Shown here piece by piece: positions 1 to 9,262 of a stretch of DNA of 64,000 nucleotides; the stretch's first letter is position 1; each line of letters starts with the position of its first letter. The position numbers were made by a program, and so were the translations under genes. Source of the DNA: an uncultured Methylomirabilota bacterium (GTDB lineage: Bacteria > Methylomirabilota > Methylomirabilia > Methylomirabilales > 2-02-FULL-66-22); contig CAWJSJ010000001.1 of assembly GCA_963845565.1 (NCBI GenBank), forward strand, positions 1,018,064-1,082,063, written 5' to 3'. The notes under the pieces were generated by a model, which saw only the letters and a program-made list of their open reading frames with translations, made no database searches and had not been told where the DNA came from.

Positions 1-354
1 CAGGGAGTCCAGCTGGATCCCCAGATCGCTGGTGGTCCCCGTCATCCGCGCGACGCCGCCGTCCAGCACGTCGAAGACCTCTGCCAGCAGGATGGCCACG
101 GCGGCGGCCAGGTACTCGTCGTTGTACACGGCGATCAGCGCATAGAACCCGCAGAACAGGTTCCCCAGCGTGAGGATGCTCGGGAGCAGATACACACCAC
201 GCCGCATCCGCCGGCGCATGCCCGCCCGTCGTTCCGTCATGGGCCGGTCTTTCCACCGCGCGCGGGCTTGCAGCCATCGCGCGCGCGGGCCCTTCGCCCG
301 GTCGCGGGACTCCCCGGATGCCCGGGGCCCGATCACTCGTGGTCCGTTTGGCAT
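1..354 (-). CDS. pssA: CDP-diacylglycerol--serine O-phosphatidyltransferase (runs off window edge)
   Basis: Translation gives ...RRGVYLLPSILTLGNLFCGFYA...FDVLDGGVARMTGTTSDLGIQLDSL (CDP-alcohol phosphotransferase motif). It follows psd. ATG at 354 has a GGGAGG RBS; alternative ATG at 240. Confidence 0.9.
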   Translation of the reverse strand, partial: MPNGPRVIGPRASGESRDRAKGPRARWLQARARWKDRPMTERRAGMRRRMRRGVYLLPSILTLGNLFCGFYALIAVYNDEYLAAAVAILLAEVFDVLDGGVARMTGTTSDLGIQLDSL

Positions 355-369
355 CGTTCTACCCTCCCC

Positions 370-474
370 TTAGGAGCCGTTACGAAATAACCTATACATC
401 TCTTTCTATTTCGTTACGGCTCCTTATGCCGTTTCGGATTGTCTCCGCTCAACTAATTCTTTGGCAACGGCTTA
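370..474. repeat. MITE-like repeat family A, copy 1 (two hairpin modules separated and flanked by TTA/TAA)
   Basis: TTA-GGAGCCGTTACGAAAT...ATTTCGTTACGGCTCC-TTA-TGCCGTT...AACGGC-TTA. Similar copies at 3919, 25415 and 48891. Confidence 0.85.
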
Positions 475-1110
475 CGGTATCACGCCCAGGATCGTGCTAC
501 CCCCCTTGACGGTCTGCCCGCGGCGCACCCGCAACACGACCGCCTCGGGCAGGATGCAGTCTGCGCGAGACCCGAACCGGATCAGACCGATCCGGTCGCC
601 GGCGGCGACTTTCCCCCCCGGCCGAACCCGGCACACGATGCGCCGGGCGATCAACCCGGCGATCAGCTTCACCCACACATCGCCGTCGGGTGTGGCGAAG
701 CGAATCAGCGTCTGCTCGTTCTCCTGCGAGGCCTCTTCGTCCCACGCCGCCATGAAGCGGCCGGGTCGGTGGGTCACCTCTTGGACGAGGGCGGAAATCG
801 GCGCCCGGTTCACGTGCACATCGAAGACCGACAGGAAAATGCTGATCCGCACCAGCGGCTCCCCGAACGGCCCTTTCCAGTCGGGAAAGGGCTTGATGGC
901 CACGATCTTCCCGTCCGCCGGCGCCAAGATGATCCGCTCGCCCGTCGGGATCTCTCGCTCTGGATCCCGGAAGAAGTACACCATGAAGGCCGCGAGCAGG
1001 AGAACCACCGTCCCGCTCCCCGGAAAGCGGAACAGGAACAGCAAACCGCTCACGGCCAGCGTCGGCACGATAAAGATCAGTCCGTCTCGTTCGATCGGGA
1101 GTTTTCCCAT
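472..1110 (-). CDS. psd: Phosphatidylserine decarboxylase proenzyme
   Basis: FFRDP, APADG, DVHVNRAP and RFGSR self-cleavage motif; adjacent to pssA. Confidence 0.93.
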   Translation of the reverse strand: MGKLPIERDGLIFIVPTLAVSGLLFLFRFPGSGTVVLLLAAFMVYFFRDPEREIPTGERIILAPADGKIVAIKPFPDWKGPFGEPLVRISIFLSVFDVHVNRAPISALVQEVTHRPGRFMAAWDEEASQENEQTLIRFATPDGDVWVKLIAGLIARRIVCRVRPGGKVAAGDRIGLIRFGSRADCILPEAVVLRVRRGQTVKGGSTILGVIP

Positions 1111-1205
1111 ATTACATTGATTCTATTAATCAATATGTTACGGAATACACCTCATACAAAAAATGACATTATACTCGCCTCGCAAAACGCGGGACCGGTC
1201 CTCAA

Positions 1206-3887
1206 TCAGCCGTTCATTTGCCCGCGCACGAGGTCGACCAGCTTCGCCAAGGCGTCCGGAATCCTGGCGGGATCCTTCCCCCCCGCCTCCGCCATGTCGG
1301 GTCGGCCGCCGCCTCCGCCGCCCGTGAGCTTGGCCAAGTCGCGCGCGAGGTGGCCGGCGTGCAGCCGTCCGGTCAGATCTTTCGTCACCATGGTAACCCA
1401 GGTGACCTTGCCGTCCCCGTGCATGGCGAGAGCCACCACGCCACGCTGCAACCGATCCCGCACGCGATCGCCCAGCTCTCGCATCCCCTTGGCGTCCGTC
1501 GCCTCGACCAGCGCCCCCACCACGCGGACGCCGTCCACGTCGACGGCGCCGGCAAGCAGTCGCTCCAGCGTCCCGCCGAGCAGGCGGGCCTGCAGGCGCT
1601 GCACCTCCCGCTCCAGGTCCCGGCTCGTCTCGGCCAGCTTCTCGACCTTCTCGACCAGCTCCAGCGGGCGCGCCTTGAGTCGTGCCGCCGTCTCCGTCAA
1701 CACCTGCGCTTCCCGCTTCATGTGCTGATAGGCCCCGGGTCCTGTGACCGCTTCGATCCGCCGCACGCCCGCTGCCACCCCGCCCTGCGCCAGAATCTTG
1801 AAGAGGCCGATCTCGCCCGTCGCCTCCACGTGCGTGCCGCCGCACAGTTCGGTACTGAACTCGGGGACGCTCACCACCCGGACCTGCTCCCCGTACTTCT
1901 CGCCGAAGAGCGCCATGGCGCCCGAGGCCAGCGCCTCGTCCAGGCCCATCACCTGCGTCGTGACGCCGCGGTTCTCCCACACCTGGGTGTTGACCGCCTC
2001 CTCGATCCGGTCGACTTCGTGCGGGCTGAGGGGACTGAAGTGCGTGAAGTCGAAGCGGAGCCGGTCCGGCGCGACCAGCGAGCCGGCCTGCTTGACATGA
2101 TCCCCCAGCGTCTGGCGCAGCGCCGCGTGGAGCAGGTGGGTGGCGGTGTGATTTTTGGCGGTCATCCGCCGGCGTCCCTCGTCCACGGCGGCCCGGACCG
2201 TCTGACCCCGCCGCAACGTCCCGCGCTTCACCCGCACGCGATGCAGCACCAGCCCCGGCACCGGCCGCCGGGCATCCTCCACCTCGGCCGTCAGGCCGTC
2301 CGCCGCCAGCGATCCCGTGTCGCCGACCTGGCCGCCCGCCTCGGGATAGAACGGGGTCCGGTCGAGCAGCACCTCGCCCGAGGCGCCCGCCTCCAGCGCG
2401 TCGGCCGGTTGCTGCGCCTCCCCGACCAGGATGGCGACGACCCGCGCCTCGGCGGTCCGCGTGGCGTACCACAGCCCCTCGACGCGCACCGTGCCGATCA
2501 GCTCTTTCAGACCATTCGGGATCTCGACCTCGCCGGAGCCGACCCAGGACTCGCGCGCGCGCGTCCGCTGCTCGGCCATGGCGCGCTCGAACCCGGGCTC
2601 ATCCAGCGCCAGACCGTGGTCCGAGGCGATGTCCCGCAGGAGATCCACCGGAAACCCGTAGGTGTCGTAGAGCCGGAAAATCTCCGCCCCGGGGATGGCG
2701 GCGGCCCCCTGGGCTTTCTGCTGCTCCACCAGGGACTCCACCAGACGGAGGCCGACCCGCAGGGTGTGGCCGAACCGCTCCTCCTCGGCCAGCGTCACCC
2801 GGGCGACATGCTCCCGCGCTTCGGCGAGCTCCGGGTAGGCCCCCTGCATCACCTCCACCACCCGGCCGGTCACCTTGGCCATGAACGGCTCGTCCACGCC
2901 GAGCAGGCGACCGTGGCGGAGGCCGCGCCGCAGGATACGGCGCAGCACATAGCCGCGGCCCTCGTTGCTGGGCAGGACGCCGTCGGCCACCAGAAACGTC
3001 GTGGACCGGGCATGATCCGCGATGACCCGCAGCGAGACGTCCGTCCCGGGGCCGGCACCGTAGCGGACGCCGGACAGATCCTCCATGAAGCCGATGATCG
3101 GTCGAAGGAGGTCGCTGTCGAAGTTGCTCGCCACCCCCTGGAGGACCGCCGCCAGCCGCTCCAGACCGGCGCCGGTGTCGATGCTGGGCCGGGGCAGAGG
3201 GGTCAGCACCCCGTTGCCGCTCCGCTCGAACTGCATGAACACCAGGTTCCACAGCTCCAGGTACCGATCGCAGTCACACCCCACGGCGCAGGTCGGCCGC
3301 CCGCATCCCATTCCCGGACCCTGGTCGTAGATGATCTCGGAGCAGGGGCCGCACGGGCCCGTATCGCCCATCGACCAGAAGTTGTCCTTGGTGGAGCAGG
3401 CCACAATCCGGGCATCCGGCACGTAGCGACGCCAGAGCGCGCGCGCCTCCTCATCCGGGCCGAGCCGCATCCCCGCGTCGCCCTCGTGAATGGTGGCCCA
3501 CAGCCGCTCGGGCGGCAGGCCGAGGGTCGTCGTCAGGAATTCCCACGCAAACGCGACCGCGGCCTCCTTGAAATAGTCGCCGAACGAGAAGTTCCCCAGC
3601 ATCTCGAAGAAGGTGTGGTGCCGCGCCGTCCGCCCCACGTTTTCCAGGTCGTTGTGCTTGCCCCCGGCGCGAACGCACTTCTGCGCCGTGACGGCGCGTC
3701 GGTACGGGCGCTGCTCGCCCCCGGTGAACACATCCTTGAACTGCACCATCCCGGCGTTGGTGAAGAGCAGCGTGGGATCGGCCTTCGGGACCAGCGAGGA
3801 GCTGGCAACGTGGGTGTGGCCCTGGCGGCCGAAATACTCCAGGAAGGCGCGGCGGATGTCATTGCCTGTTTGGGGCGTCGGGGGCAT
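1206..3887 (-). CDS. alaS: Alanine--tRNA ligase
   Basis: DPTLLFTNAGMVQFK, HHTFFEMLGNFSFGDYFK, HTATHLLH and ELCGGTH editing motifs; C-terminal GGGGG. Confidence 0.98.
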   Translation of the reverse strand: MPPTPQTGNDIRRAFLEYFGRQGHTHVASSSLVPKADPTLLFTNAGMVQFKDVFTGGEQRPYRRAVTAQKCVRAGGKHNDLENVGRTARHHTFFEMLGNFSFGDYFKEAAVAFAWEFLTTTLGLPPERLWATIHEGDAGMRLGPDEEARALWRRYVPDARIVACSTKDNFWSMGDTGPCGPCSEIIYDQGPGMGCGRPTCAVGCDCDRYLELWNLVFMQFERSGNGVLTPLPRPSIDTGAGLERLAAVLQGVASNFDSDLLRPIIGFMEDLSGVRYGAGPGTDVSLRVIADHARSTTFLVADGVLPSNEGRGYVLRRILRRGLRHGRLLGVDEPFMAKVTGRVVEVMQGAYPELAEAREHVARVTLAEEERFGHTLRVGLRLVESLVEQQKAQGAAAIPGAEIFRLYDTYGFPVDLLRDIASDHGLALDEPGFERAMAEQRTRARESWVGSGEVEIPNGLKELIGTVRVEGLWYATRTAEARVVAILVGEAQQPADALEAGASGEVLLDRTPFYPEAGGQVGDTGSLAADGLTAEVEDARRPVPGLVLHRVRVKRGTLRRGQTVRAAVDEGRRRMTAKNHTATHLLHAALRQTLGDHVKQAGSLVAPDRLRFDFTHFSPLSPHEVDRIEEAVNTQVWENRGVTTQVMGLDEALASGAMALFGEKYGEQVRVVSVPEFSTELCGGTHVEATGEIGLFKILAQGGVAAGVRRIEAVTGPGAYQHMKREAQVLTETAARLKARPLELVEKVEKLAETSRDLEREVQRLQARLLGGTLERLLAGAVDVDGVRVVGALVEATDAKGMRELGDRVRDRLQRGVVALAMHGDGKVTWVTMVTKDLTGRLHAGHLARDLAKLTGGGGGGRPDMAEAGGKDPARIPDALAKLVDLVRGQMNG

Positions 3888-3918
3888 GGCGATGTTCCTG
3901 TGCTGGTGGTCCGGTGTA

Positions 3919-4022
3919 TTAGGAGCCGTTACGAAATACCGTGGCTGTTTTTCGATTTCGTTACGGCTCCTTATGCCGTTCCCGGAATCTCTCCGGTCAA
4001 GATATTCTTTGACAACGGCTTA
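3919..4022. repeat. MITE-like repeat family A, copy 2
   Basis: Same ends and two-module structure as 370-474; terminal TTA is the recX stop codon. Confidence 0.85.
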
Positions 4023-4553
4023 GTCCGTGTCCGGGGTCGTGCCGAGGTGCGCGCGACACATCCTGACGATGATCTCCGGCGGAAATCCGCGCCGTTCCAG
4101 ATAGCCCGCCAGACGGCGCCGCGCCACGGCCGGCGGCAAACCCGCCAGGGCCTTCAACTTCCGGCGCACGGCCTCTTCGGCCGCGTCGGACGCCGTCCAC
4201 TCCTCGGCCAGGGCGGAGAGCGCCGCCGCGATCTGACCCTCCGGGATCCCTTTCGCCCGGAGCTCCCGGGCCAGGCGGGCGGGCCCGACTGCCGCCCGAC
4301 GGGCGCGGGCGGTCACCCAGGTCCGGGCGAACTCCGCATCGTCCAGATAGCGGCGCGCCGTCAGACGCTCGATGACAGCCGCCACTTCGTCCGGCGGGTA
4401 GCCGCGGCGGCCCAGCGTCTGCCGGACCTCGTGGCTGCTCCGGGACCGGACGGCAAGCAGCTTCAGCGCAATCCCCCACGCGCCCGGCCGCTCGCGCTCG
4501 GCCTGCCCCGGACTCGCCTCCCCGCGCCGGCCGCGGGCCGGTCGGCCCGCCAT
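4020..4553 (-). CDS. recX: Regulatory protein RecX
   Basis: ALKLLAVRSRS..EVRQTL, YLDDAEFA, GPARLARELRAKGI, YLERRGF; lies between recA and alaS. Confidence 0.9.
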   Translation of the reverse strand: MAGRPARGRRGEASPGQAERERPGAWGIALKLLAVRSRSSHEVRQTLGRRGYPPDEVAAVIERLTARRYLDDAEFARTWVTARARRAAVGPARLARELRAKGIPEGQIAAALSALAEEWTASDAAEEAVRRKLKALAGLPPAVARRRLAGYLERRGFPPEIIVRMCRAHLGTTPDTD

Positions 4554-5701
4554 CAGAACCGCGTCATCCCCGGCATGGATTTCGGGGGCTGCTCCTGCGG
4601 CGCGTTACCCTGCCAGTTCGAGTCCGCGGTGGACTCGATGCCCCGCACGCGCAGGGCGAAGTCGTCCGGGTTGCTGCACCACCGGAGCGCCTCCTCGTAG
4701 GTGATCAACCCTCGCGTGTACAGCGTCATCAGCGACTGGTCGAAGGTCTGCATGCCGTACTGGCTGACACCCGCGGCGATGACGTCGGGCAGTTTCCGGG
4801 TCTTGTCCGGGTCCACGATCGACTCCCGCACCGTGGCGGTCGCGACGCAGACCTCGACGGCCGGCACGCGCCCCTTCCCGTCGGCGCGGGGAATCAACCG
4901 CTGCGACACGATGCCGCGCAGCACCGAGGCCAGCTGGAGGCGCACTTGCTTTTGCTGGTACGGCGGGAAGACCGAGATCACGCGGTTGACGGTCTCGGTG
5001 GTGTCCAGCGTGTGCAGCGTGCTCATCACCAGATGGCCGGTTTCCGCCGCCAGCAGCGCGGTGGAGATCGTCTCGAAGTCCCGCATCTCGCCCACCAGGA
5101 TGGAGTCGGGATCCTGCCGCAGCGCGCTCCGCAGCGCCTCGCTGAAGCTGGGGGCGTCCACCCCGATCTCGCGCTGGTTGACCAGGCACTTCTTGTCCCG
5201 GTGCAGGAACTCGATCGGGTCCTCGATCGTCAGGATATGGCCCGTCGTATTGGAGTTGATGTGGTCGATCATCGCCGCCAGCGTCGAGGATTTGCCCGAC
5301 CCGGTCGTCCCCGTCACCAGGATCAGGCCGCGCGGCTCGAGGGACAGCGCCTCCAGGACCGGCGGCAGGTTCAGCTCGCGCACGGTTTGGATCTTCAAGG
5401 GGATGAGCCGGAGCACGATGCCCACCATTCCGCGCTGCTGGAACACGTTCACCCGGAACCGCCCCAGGCCGGGCACCCCGTAGGCCAGGTCCGCCTCGTT
5501 CCGCTCCTTGAACCGCTCCCGCTGCTTGGCGTTCATCACGCCCGCAGCCATGGACACCACGGCGTCCTGGCCCAGCCGGGGCAACTCCATCAGGGGGACG
5601 AGCTTGTGGTCGATGCGGAGCACCGGGGGCATCCCCACCTTGATGTGCAGGTCCGACGCCTTACGCTCCACCGCGATCTTCAGGAGTTCGACGAGTTCCA
5701 T
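4553..5701 (-). CDS. pilT: PilT/PilU-family type IV pilus retraction ATPase
   Basis: ASDLH, GTTGSGKSSTLA Walker A, TIEDPIE Asp box, LRQDPD..LVGEMRD, AAETGHLVMSTLH, GMQTFDQSL. Confidence 0.9.
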   Translation of the reverse strand: MELVELLKIAVERKASDLHIKVGMPPVLRIDHKLVPLMELPRLGQDAVVSMAAGVMNAKQRERFKERNEADLAYGVPGLGRFRVNVFQQRGMVGIVLRLIPLKIQTVRELNLPPVLEALSLEPRGLILVTGTTGSGKSSTLAAMIDHINSNTTGHILTIEDPIEFLHRDKKCLVNQREIGVDAPSFSEALRSALRQDPDSILVGEMRDFETISTALLAAETGHLVMSTLHTLDTTETVNRVISVFPPYQQKQVRLQLASVLRGIVSQRLIPRADGKGRVPAVEVCVATATVRESIVDPDKTRKLPDVIAAGVSQYGMQTFDQSLMTLYTRGLITYEEALRWCSNPDDFALRVRGIESTADSNWQGNAPQEQPPKSMPGMTRF

Positions 5702-6754
5702 CTACGCCTCCGCCTCCGGCGAGGCCGCCAACCCCAGGGCCACCCGCAATTTGGTTTCGATCTCATCCGCCATGGCGGCGTTGTCCTGCAGGAATCGCTT
5801 GGCGTTGTCGCGCCCCTGCCCGATCCGCTCGGTCCCGTACGCGTACCACGACCCGCTCTTCTCGACCACCTTGTGCGCGACGCCCAGGTCGACGAGGCTC
5901 CCCAGCCGGGAGATCCCTTCGCCGTACACGATGTCGAATTCGGCTTCGCGGAAGGGGGGCGCCACCTTGTTCTTCACCACCTTGACCTTGACCCGGCTGC
6001 CGACGACTTCCTCGCCATCCTTGATGGCCGAGATCCGCCGGATATCCAGGCGAACCGAGGCGTAGAACTTCAGGGCCCGGCCGCCCGTCGTGGTTTCCGG
6101 GTTCCCGAACATGATGCCGATCTTCTCCCGCAACTGGTTGATGAACACCACCGAGGTCCGCGACTTGCTGATCGCGGCGGTCAGCTTCCGCAACGCCTGC
6201 GACATCAGACGCGCCTGCAGCCCCGGCAGCGAGTCACCCATCTCGCCGTCGATCTCGGCCCGGGGGACCAGCGCCGCCACCGAGTCGATGACCACCACGT
6301 CCACCGCGCCGCTTCGCACGAGGACTTCCGTGATCTCCAATGCCTGCTCGCCCGTGTCGGGCTGGGAGATCAGCAGATCGTCGATGTTCACGCCCAGCGT
6401 CTTGGCGTAATTGGCATCCAGGGCATGCTCGGCGTCCACGAAGGCGGCCGCACCCTCCCGCTTCTGCGCCTCGGCGATGATGTGCAGTGCCAGGGTCGTC
6501 TTGCCGCTGGATTCCGGCCCGAAGATCTCGACGACGCGGCCCCGCGGGATGCCGCCCACGCCCAGCGCGAAGTCCAGCTCCAGTGAGCCGGTGGGGATCG
6601 TGGCGATCGGCAAGAGGGCCCCCGAGAGCCCCATCCGCATGATGGCACCCTTGCCGTACTGCTTCTCGATCTGCGAGAGGGCCGACTCCAGCGCCTTATC
6701 CCGCTCTTTCCGTTCTTCCTTGACCGGTGTTTTCCGGTTCGGTGTCTCCACCAT
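5702..6754 (-). CDS. recA: Recombinase A
   Basis: [47 protein letters not shown] at 6754 after GGGGGA RBS. Confidence 0.98.
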   Translation of the reverse strand: MVETPNRKTPVKEERKERDKALESALSQIEKQYGKGAIMRMGLSGALLPIATIPTGSLELDFALGVGGIPRGRVVEIFGPESSGKTTLALHIIAEAQKREGAAAFVDAEHALDANYAKTLGVNIDDLLISQPDTGEQALEITEVLVRSGAVDVVVIDSVAALVPRAEIDGEMGDSLPGLQARLMSQALRKLTAAISKSRTSVVFINQLREKIGIMFGNPETTTGGRALKFYASVRLDIRRISAIKDGEEVVGSRVKVKVVKNKVAPPFREAEFDIVYGEGISRLGSLVDLGVAHKVVEKSGSWYAYGTERIGQGRDNAKRFLQDNAAMADEIETKLRVALGLAASPEAEA

Positions 6755-6811
6755 GATGAGTCCCCCGGCCCTTTGGGCGTGTGGAGTTAGAGGCGATGAC
6801 ATAGATGGGTC

Positions 6812-6840
6812 AGCCTACGTGATTTTTCCGGTGAAGTCAA
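6812..6840 (-). promoter_or_regulatory. Putative sigma70 promoter of recA operon
   Basis: Minus strand TTGACT-N17-TAGGCT about 60 nt upstream of the recA start. Confidence 0.55.
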
Positions 6841-6944
6841 CAACTTCGCCAGCCCGGCGGCCGGGGTCCGCGCACACCGCCATGGCCGGACGCACCGCCG
6901 AACGCTCCGGTCTGACCGCCCCGTCCGAACGCGCAGTTCTGGCC

Positions 6945-6975
6945 TTGACAAGTCCCTCGGCGTTTGGGTTACAAT
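6945..6975 (+). promoter_or_regulatory. Possible sigma70 promoter for the SBP/two-component operon
   Basis: TTGACA-N19-TACAAT; near-consensus hexamers but long spacer. Confidence 0.35.
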
Positions 6976-7171
6976 CCCGCCAACGTCATCTCCAATATCC
7001 ATCCGCTCGGCCCTCTGGGAGTGGCACGATGCCCCGGTATCGAATCCCACGAGCGAGCCTTCGCGCCCTGGTTGGTCCTTCGGACCGACGAGGGCGTTTG
7101 TGTTTGTGCGGTTCCGCTCTGCGATAGCGCTCCACACCTTTCGACGGGTTTCCGGAAAGGAGGGACGTGCC

Positions 7172-7639
7172 ATGCCGGTACGGGTGACGTGCGCTCTGGG
7201 AATCGGCGGCCGCCTGGCGGGTCCGCCCGACGAGAACGATGCGATCCTCGCACAGATTCAGGTTCTCCTGCCGAAAGAGGCACCCGCCGGCGTGAGTGGG
7301 GGGTGGCCCGGCGGCCTCGCCACCCACGGCTGGCGGATCGCCTCCTGGAGCTCCGCCGCGGAGGTCGGCGGCGAAAGCGATCGGGAGACGCGGCTCACCT
7401 TCCGCTGTGAACTCAACACACTCCTGGACGGCACCATCTATGACTGTCGGGACGAGCTGACCTACACCCTCTTCCACGGCTTCGCGCATTATCGCGACGC
7501 CGTGTGGCACAAGGACCTCAAGGTTCGATTGGAGGAGCTGAATCATGAGATCGCCCAAAGGTATGGGGCCGAGAAGCTCATCGAAAAGATCTGGTTCAGG
7601 CACTGGGAGTTCTCGTGCGGCAACGGGGGCGACCATTAG
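7172..7639 (+). CDS. Hypothetical protein (155 aa), first gene of the SBP/two-component operon
   Basis: AGGAGG RBS before ATG; globular-like composition; no family recognised. Confidence 0.7.
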   Translation: MPVRVTCALGIGGRLAGPPDENDAILAQIQVLLPKEAPAGVSGGWPGGLATHGWRIASWSSAAEVGGESDRETRLTFRCELNTLLDGTIYDCRDELTYTLFHGFAHYRDAVWHKDLKVRLEELNHEIAQRYGAEKLIEKIWFRHWEFSCGNGGDH

Positions 7640-9191
7640 ACGCGTAGGGTGGCGTCCCCTCTGGCGGGTAATCCTCGTCGCCATCGCGCTGGTCATCGTC
7701 GTGCCTGTCGCCGTTGCCGGGGGCGGCGAGAAGATCCTCGTCCACCACCTCGAGGCGCAGCCGGAGTCCCTGGACACGGCCAAGTCCGGCTCGGAGCGGG
7801 CCAACCGGGTTCTCTGGCTGCTCGGGGACGCCCTGCTGAACGTCTCCAGGGACGGGAAGAGCCTGGAACCCGGCCTTGCTCGGTCTTGGAAGCTGTCCGA
7901 GAATGGCCTCCAGGTGGTCTTCAGCCTCCGCTCCGGCGTCCGGTTTCACGATGGAACGCCCCTCACCGCCTTCGCAGTGAAAGAGAATTTCGAGCGGCAG
8001 TTCCGCCCGGGTCATCCCCTGTACTCGACGGATCCAAAGAACAGCAAGGAGCAGCTCCTGAGCCAGCTTATCGAAGGCATCGAGGTCCACGACGACTTGA
8101 CGATCACGTTCAAGTTGAAATATCCCAGTTTGCACTACCTGGGCCAGGTCGAGATCGCCAGCCCGACCGCCCTGGCCAAGCTGGGCAAGGAGTTCGCCCG
8201 AACGCCCACCTACACCGGGCCGTTCCGGTTCGACCGGTGGGAGAAGGACCGGTTGATTCTGGTGGCCAATGATCGGTACTGGGCCGGGCGGCCAAAACTG
8301 GACCAGGTCGTCTTCCAGTTCATTCCCGGCGGCGAGGCTCTCGTCGCGGCCATGGTGAACGGCAGTGTGGACTTCGCCCCCGTCCTTCCCGAACCCACGC
8401 TCTTCGAACGCCTGCGAGACGAGTCCCGGATCACGTTGGCGCAGGTCCCAGCCCTGAACGTGTTCTACCTGGGCTTCTATACTGAACGCGCGCCGCTCAA
8501 CAATCCGCACCTGCGGCGAGCGGTGGCGCACGCCGTGAACGTGGAACGGGCCGCCCAGGCCCTGGGTCGCGGCGTTGCCCTCCCGGCGAAAGGACCGCTC
8601 TCCCCCGCCATCCTGGGTTACGACCCTTCGGTGACCCAGGCCCCATTCGACCTTCGATTGGCGAGAGAATCGGCCGCACGCGCCGGGGGGAACCCGAACC
8701 TGACGCTCCGACTGGTGCACAACAACACCACGCCCTTCGACGTCGACCTGGCGTCGTCCATCCGGGTGGACCTCAGGCAGATCGGGATCGCCGTTCAACT
8801 ACTCGGCAAGCCGGGATTCGCGGAGATGGTCAAGGCCGTGCAGAGCCGCGAGGGGGACATGTTCATGTATAGCTGGCATATCCGCTCGCCCCATCCGGAG
8901 CGCCTGCTCCACCCACTCTTCCACTCCAAGTCTTCCGGCACGTCGAACTTGACCCGGTACACCAACGCGAAGCTGGATCGGCTCCTGGACGACGCCATCA
9001 TGGCGCCGCAGGGACCGGCGCAGGACAAGCTGTATTCGCAGATCCAGAAGACGATCGTGGACGACGCGCCGATGGTGTTCCTCTATCACTCGACGCGGAT
9101 GGCGGCCTATGCCGATCGGGTCAAGGGCCTCGAGTTGAATCTCGGCGCCCTGCCCCACGACAAGCTGGTCACGGTGGATCTCGCACCCTGA
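7545..9191 (+). CDS. ABC-type solute-binding protein, family 5 (DppA/OppA-like), signal-peptide-bearing
   Basis: [43 protein letters not shown]. Start uncertain (ATG 7545/7563, or ATT 7635 just before the signal-like RRVGWRPLWRVILVAIALVIVVPVAVA). Confidence 0.88.
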   Translation: MRSPKGMGPRSSSKRSGSGTGSSRAATGATIRRVGWRPLWRVILVAIALVIVVPVAVAGGGEKILVHHLEAQPESLDTAKSGSERANRVLWLLGDALLNVSRDGKSLEPGLARSWKLSENGLQVVFSLRSGVRFHDGTPLTAFAVKENFERQFRPGHPLYSTDPKNSKEQLLSQLIEGIEVHDDLTITFKLKYPSLHYLGQVEIASPTALAKLGKEFARTPTYTGPFRFDRWEKDRLILVANDRYWAGRPKLDQVVFQFIPGGEALVAAMVNGSVDFAPVLPEPTLFERLRDESRITLAQVPALNVFYLGFYTERAPLNNPHLRRAVAHAVNVERAAQALGRGVALPAKGPLSPAILGYDPSVTQAPFDLRLARESAARAGGNPNLTLRLVHNNTTPFDVDLASSIRVDLRQIGIAVQLLGKPGFAEMVKAVQSREGDMFMYSWHIRSPHPERLLHPLFHSKSSGTSNLTRYTNAKLDRLLDDAIMAPQGPAQDKLYSQIQKTIVDDAPMVFLYHSTRMAAYADRVKGLELNLGALPHDKLVTVDLAP

Positions 9192-9262
9192 CATCGCCGA
9201 TGAACGAGATTCAATTCCGCCACGAGCACCGTCAACGGGGCGTAACGCTGGAGGGCGCGGCC

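Noticed and set aside
1218..4700. 1160-aa plus-strand ORF, and similar long ORFs (e.g. 52766-55936 minus, 11672-13480 minus, 25853-27760 plus)
   Set aside because: Antisense shadows of well-supported genes in GC-rich DNA; no motifs of their own.
6926..6940. CGAAC-GCGCA-GTTC upstream of recA as an SOS box
   Set aside because: Spacer is 5 nt rather than the 4 nt of GAAC-N4-GTTC, and it lies ~90 bp from the predicted recA promoter.
7022..7037. TGGCACG upstream of the SBP operon as a sigma54 promoter
   Set aside because: The -12 position reads CG instead of GC. Similar partial hits at ~40170 and ~40219 have wrong spacing or face no gene.
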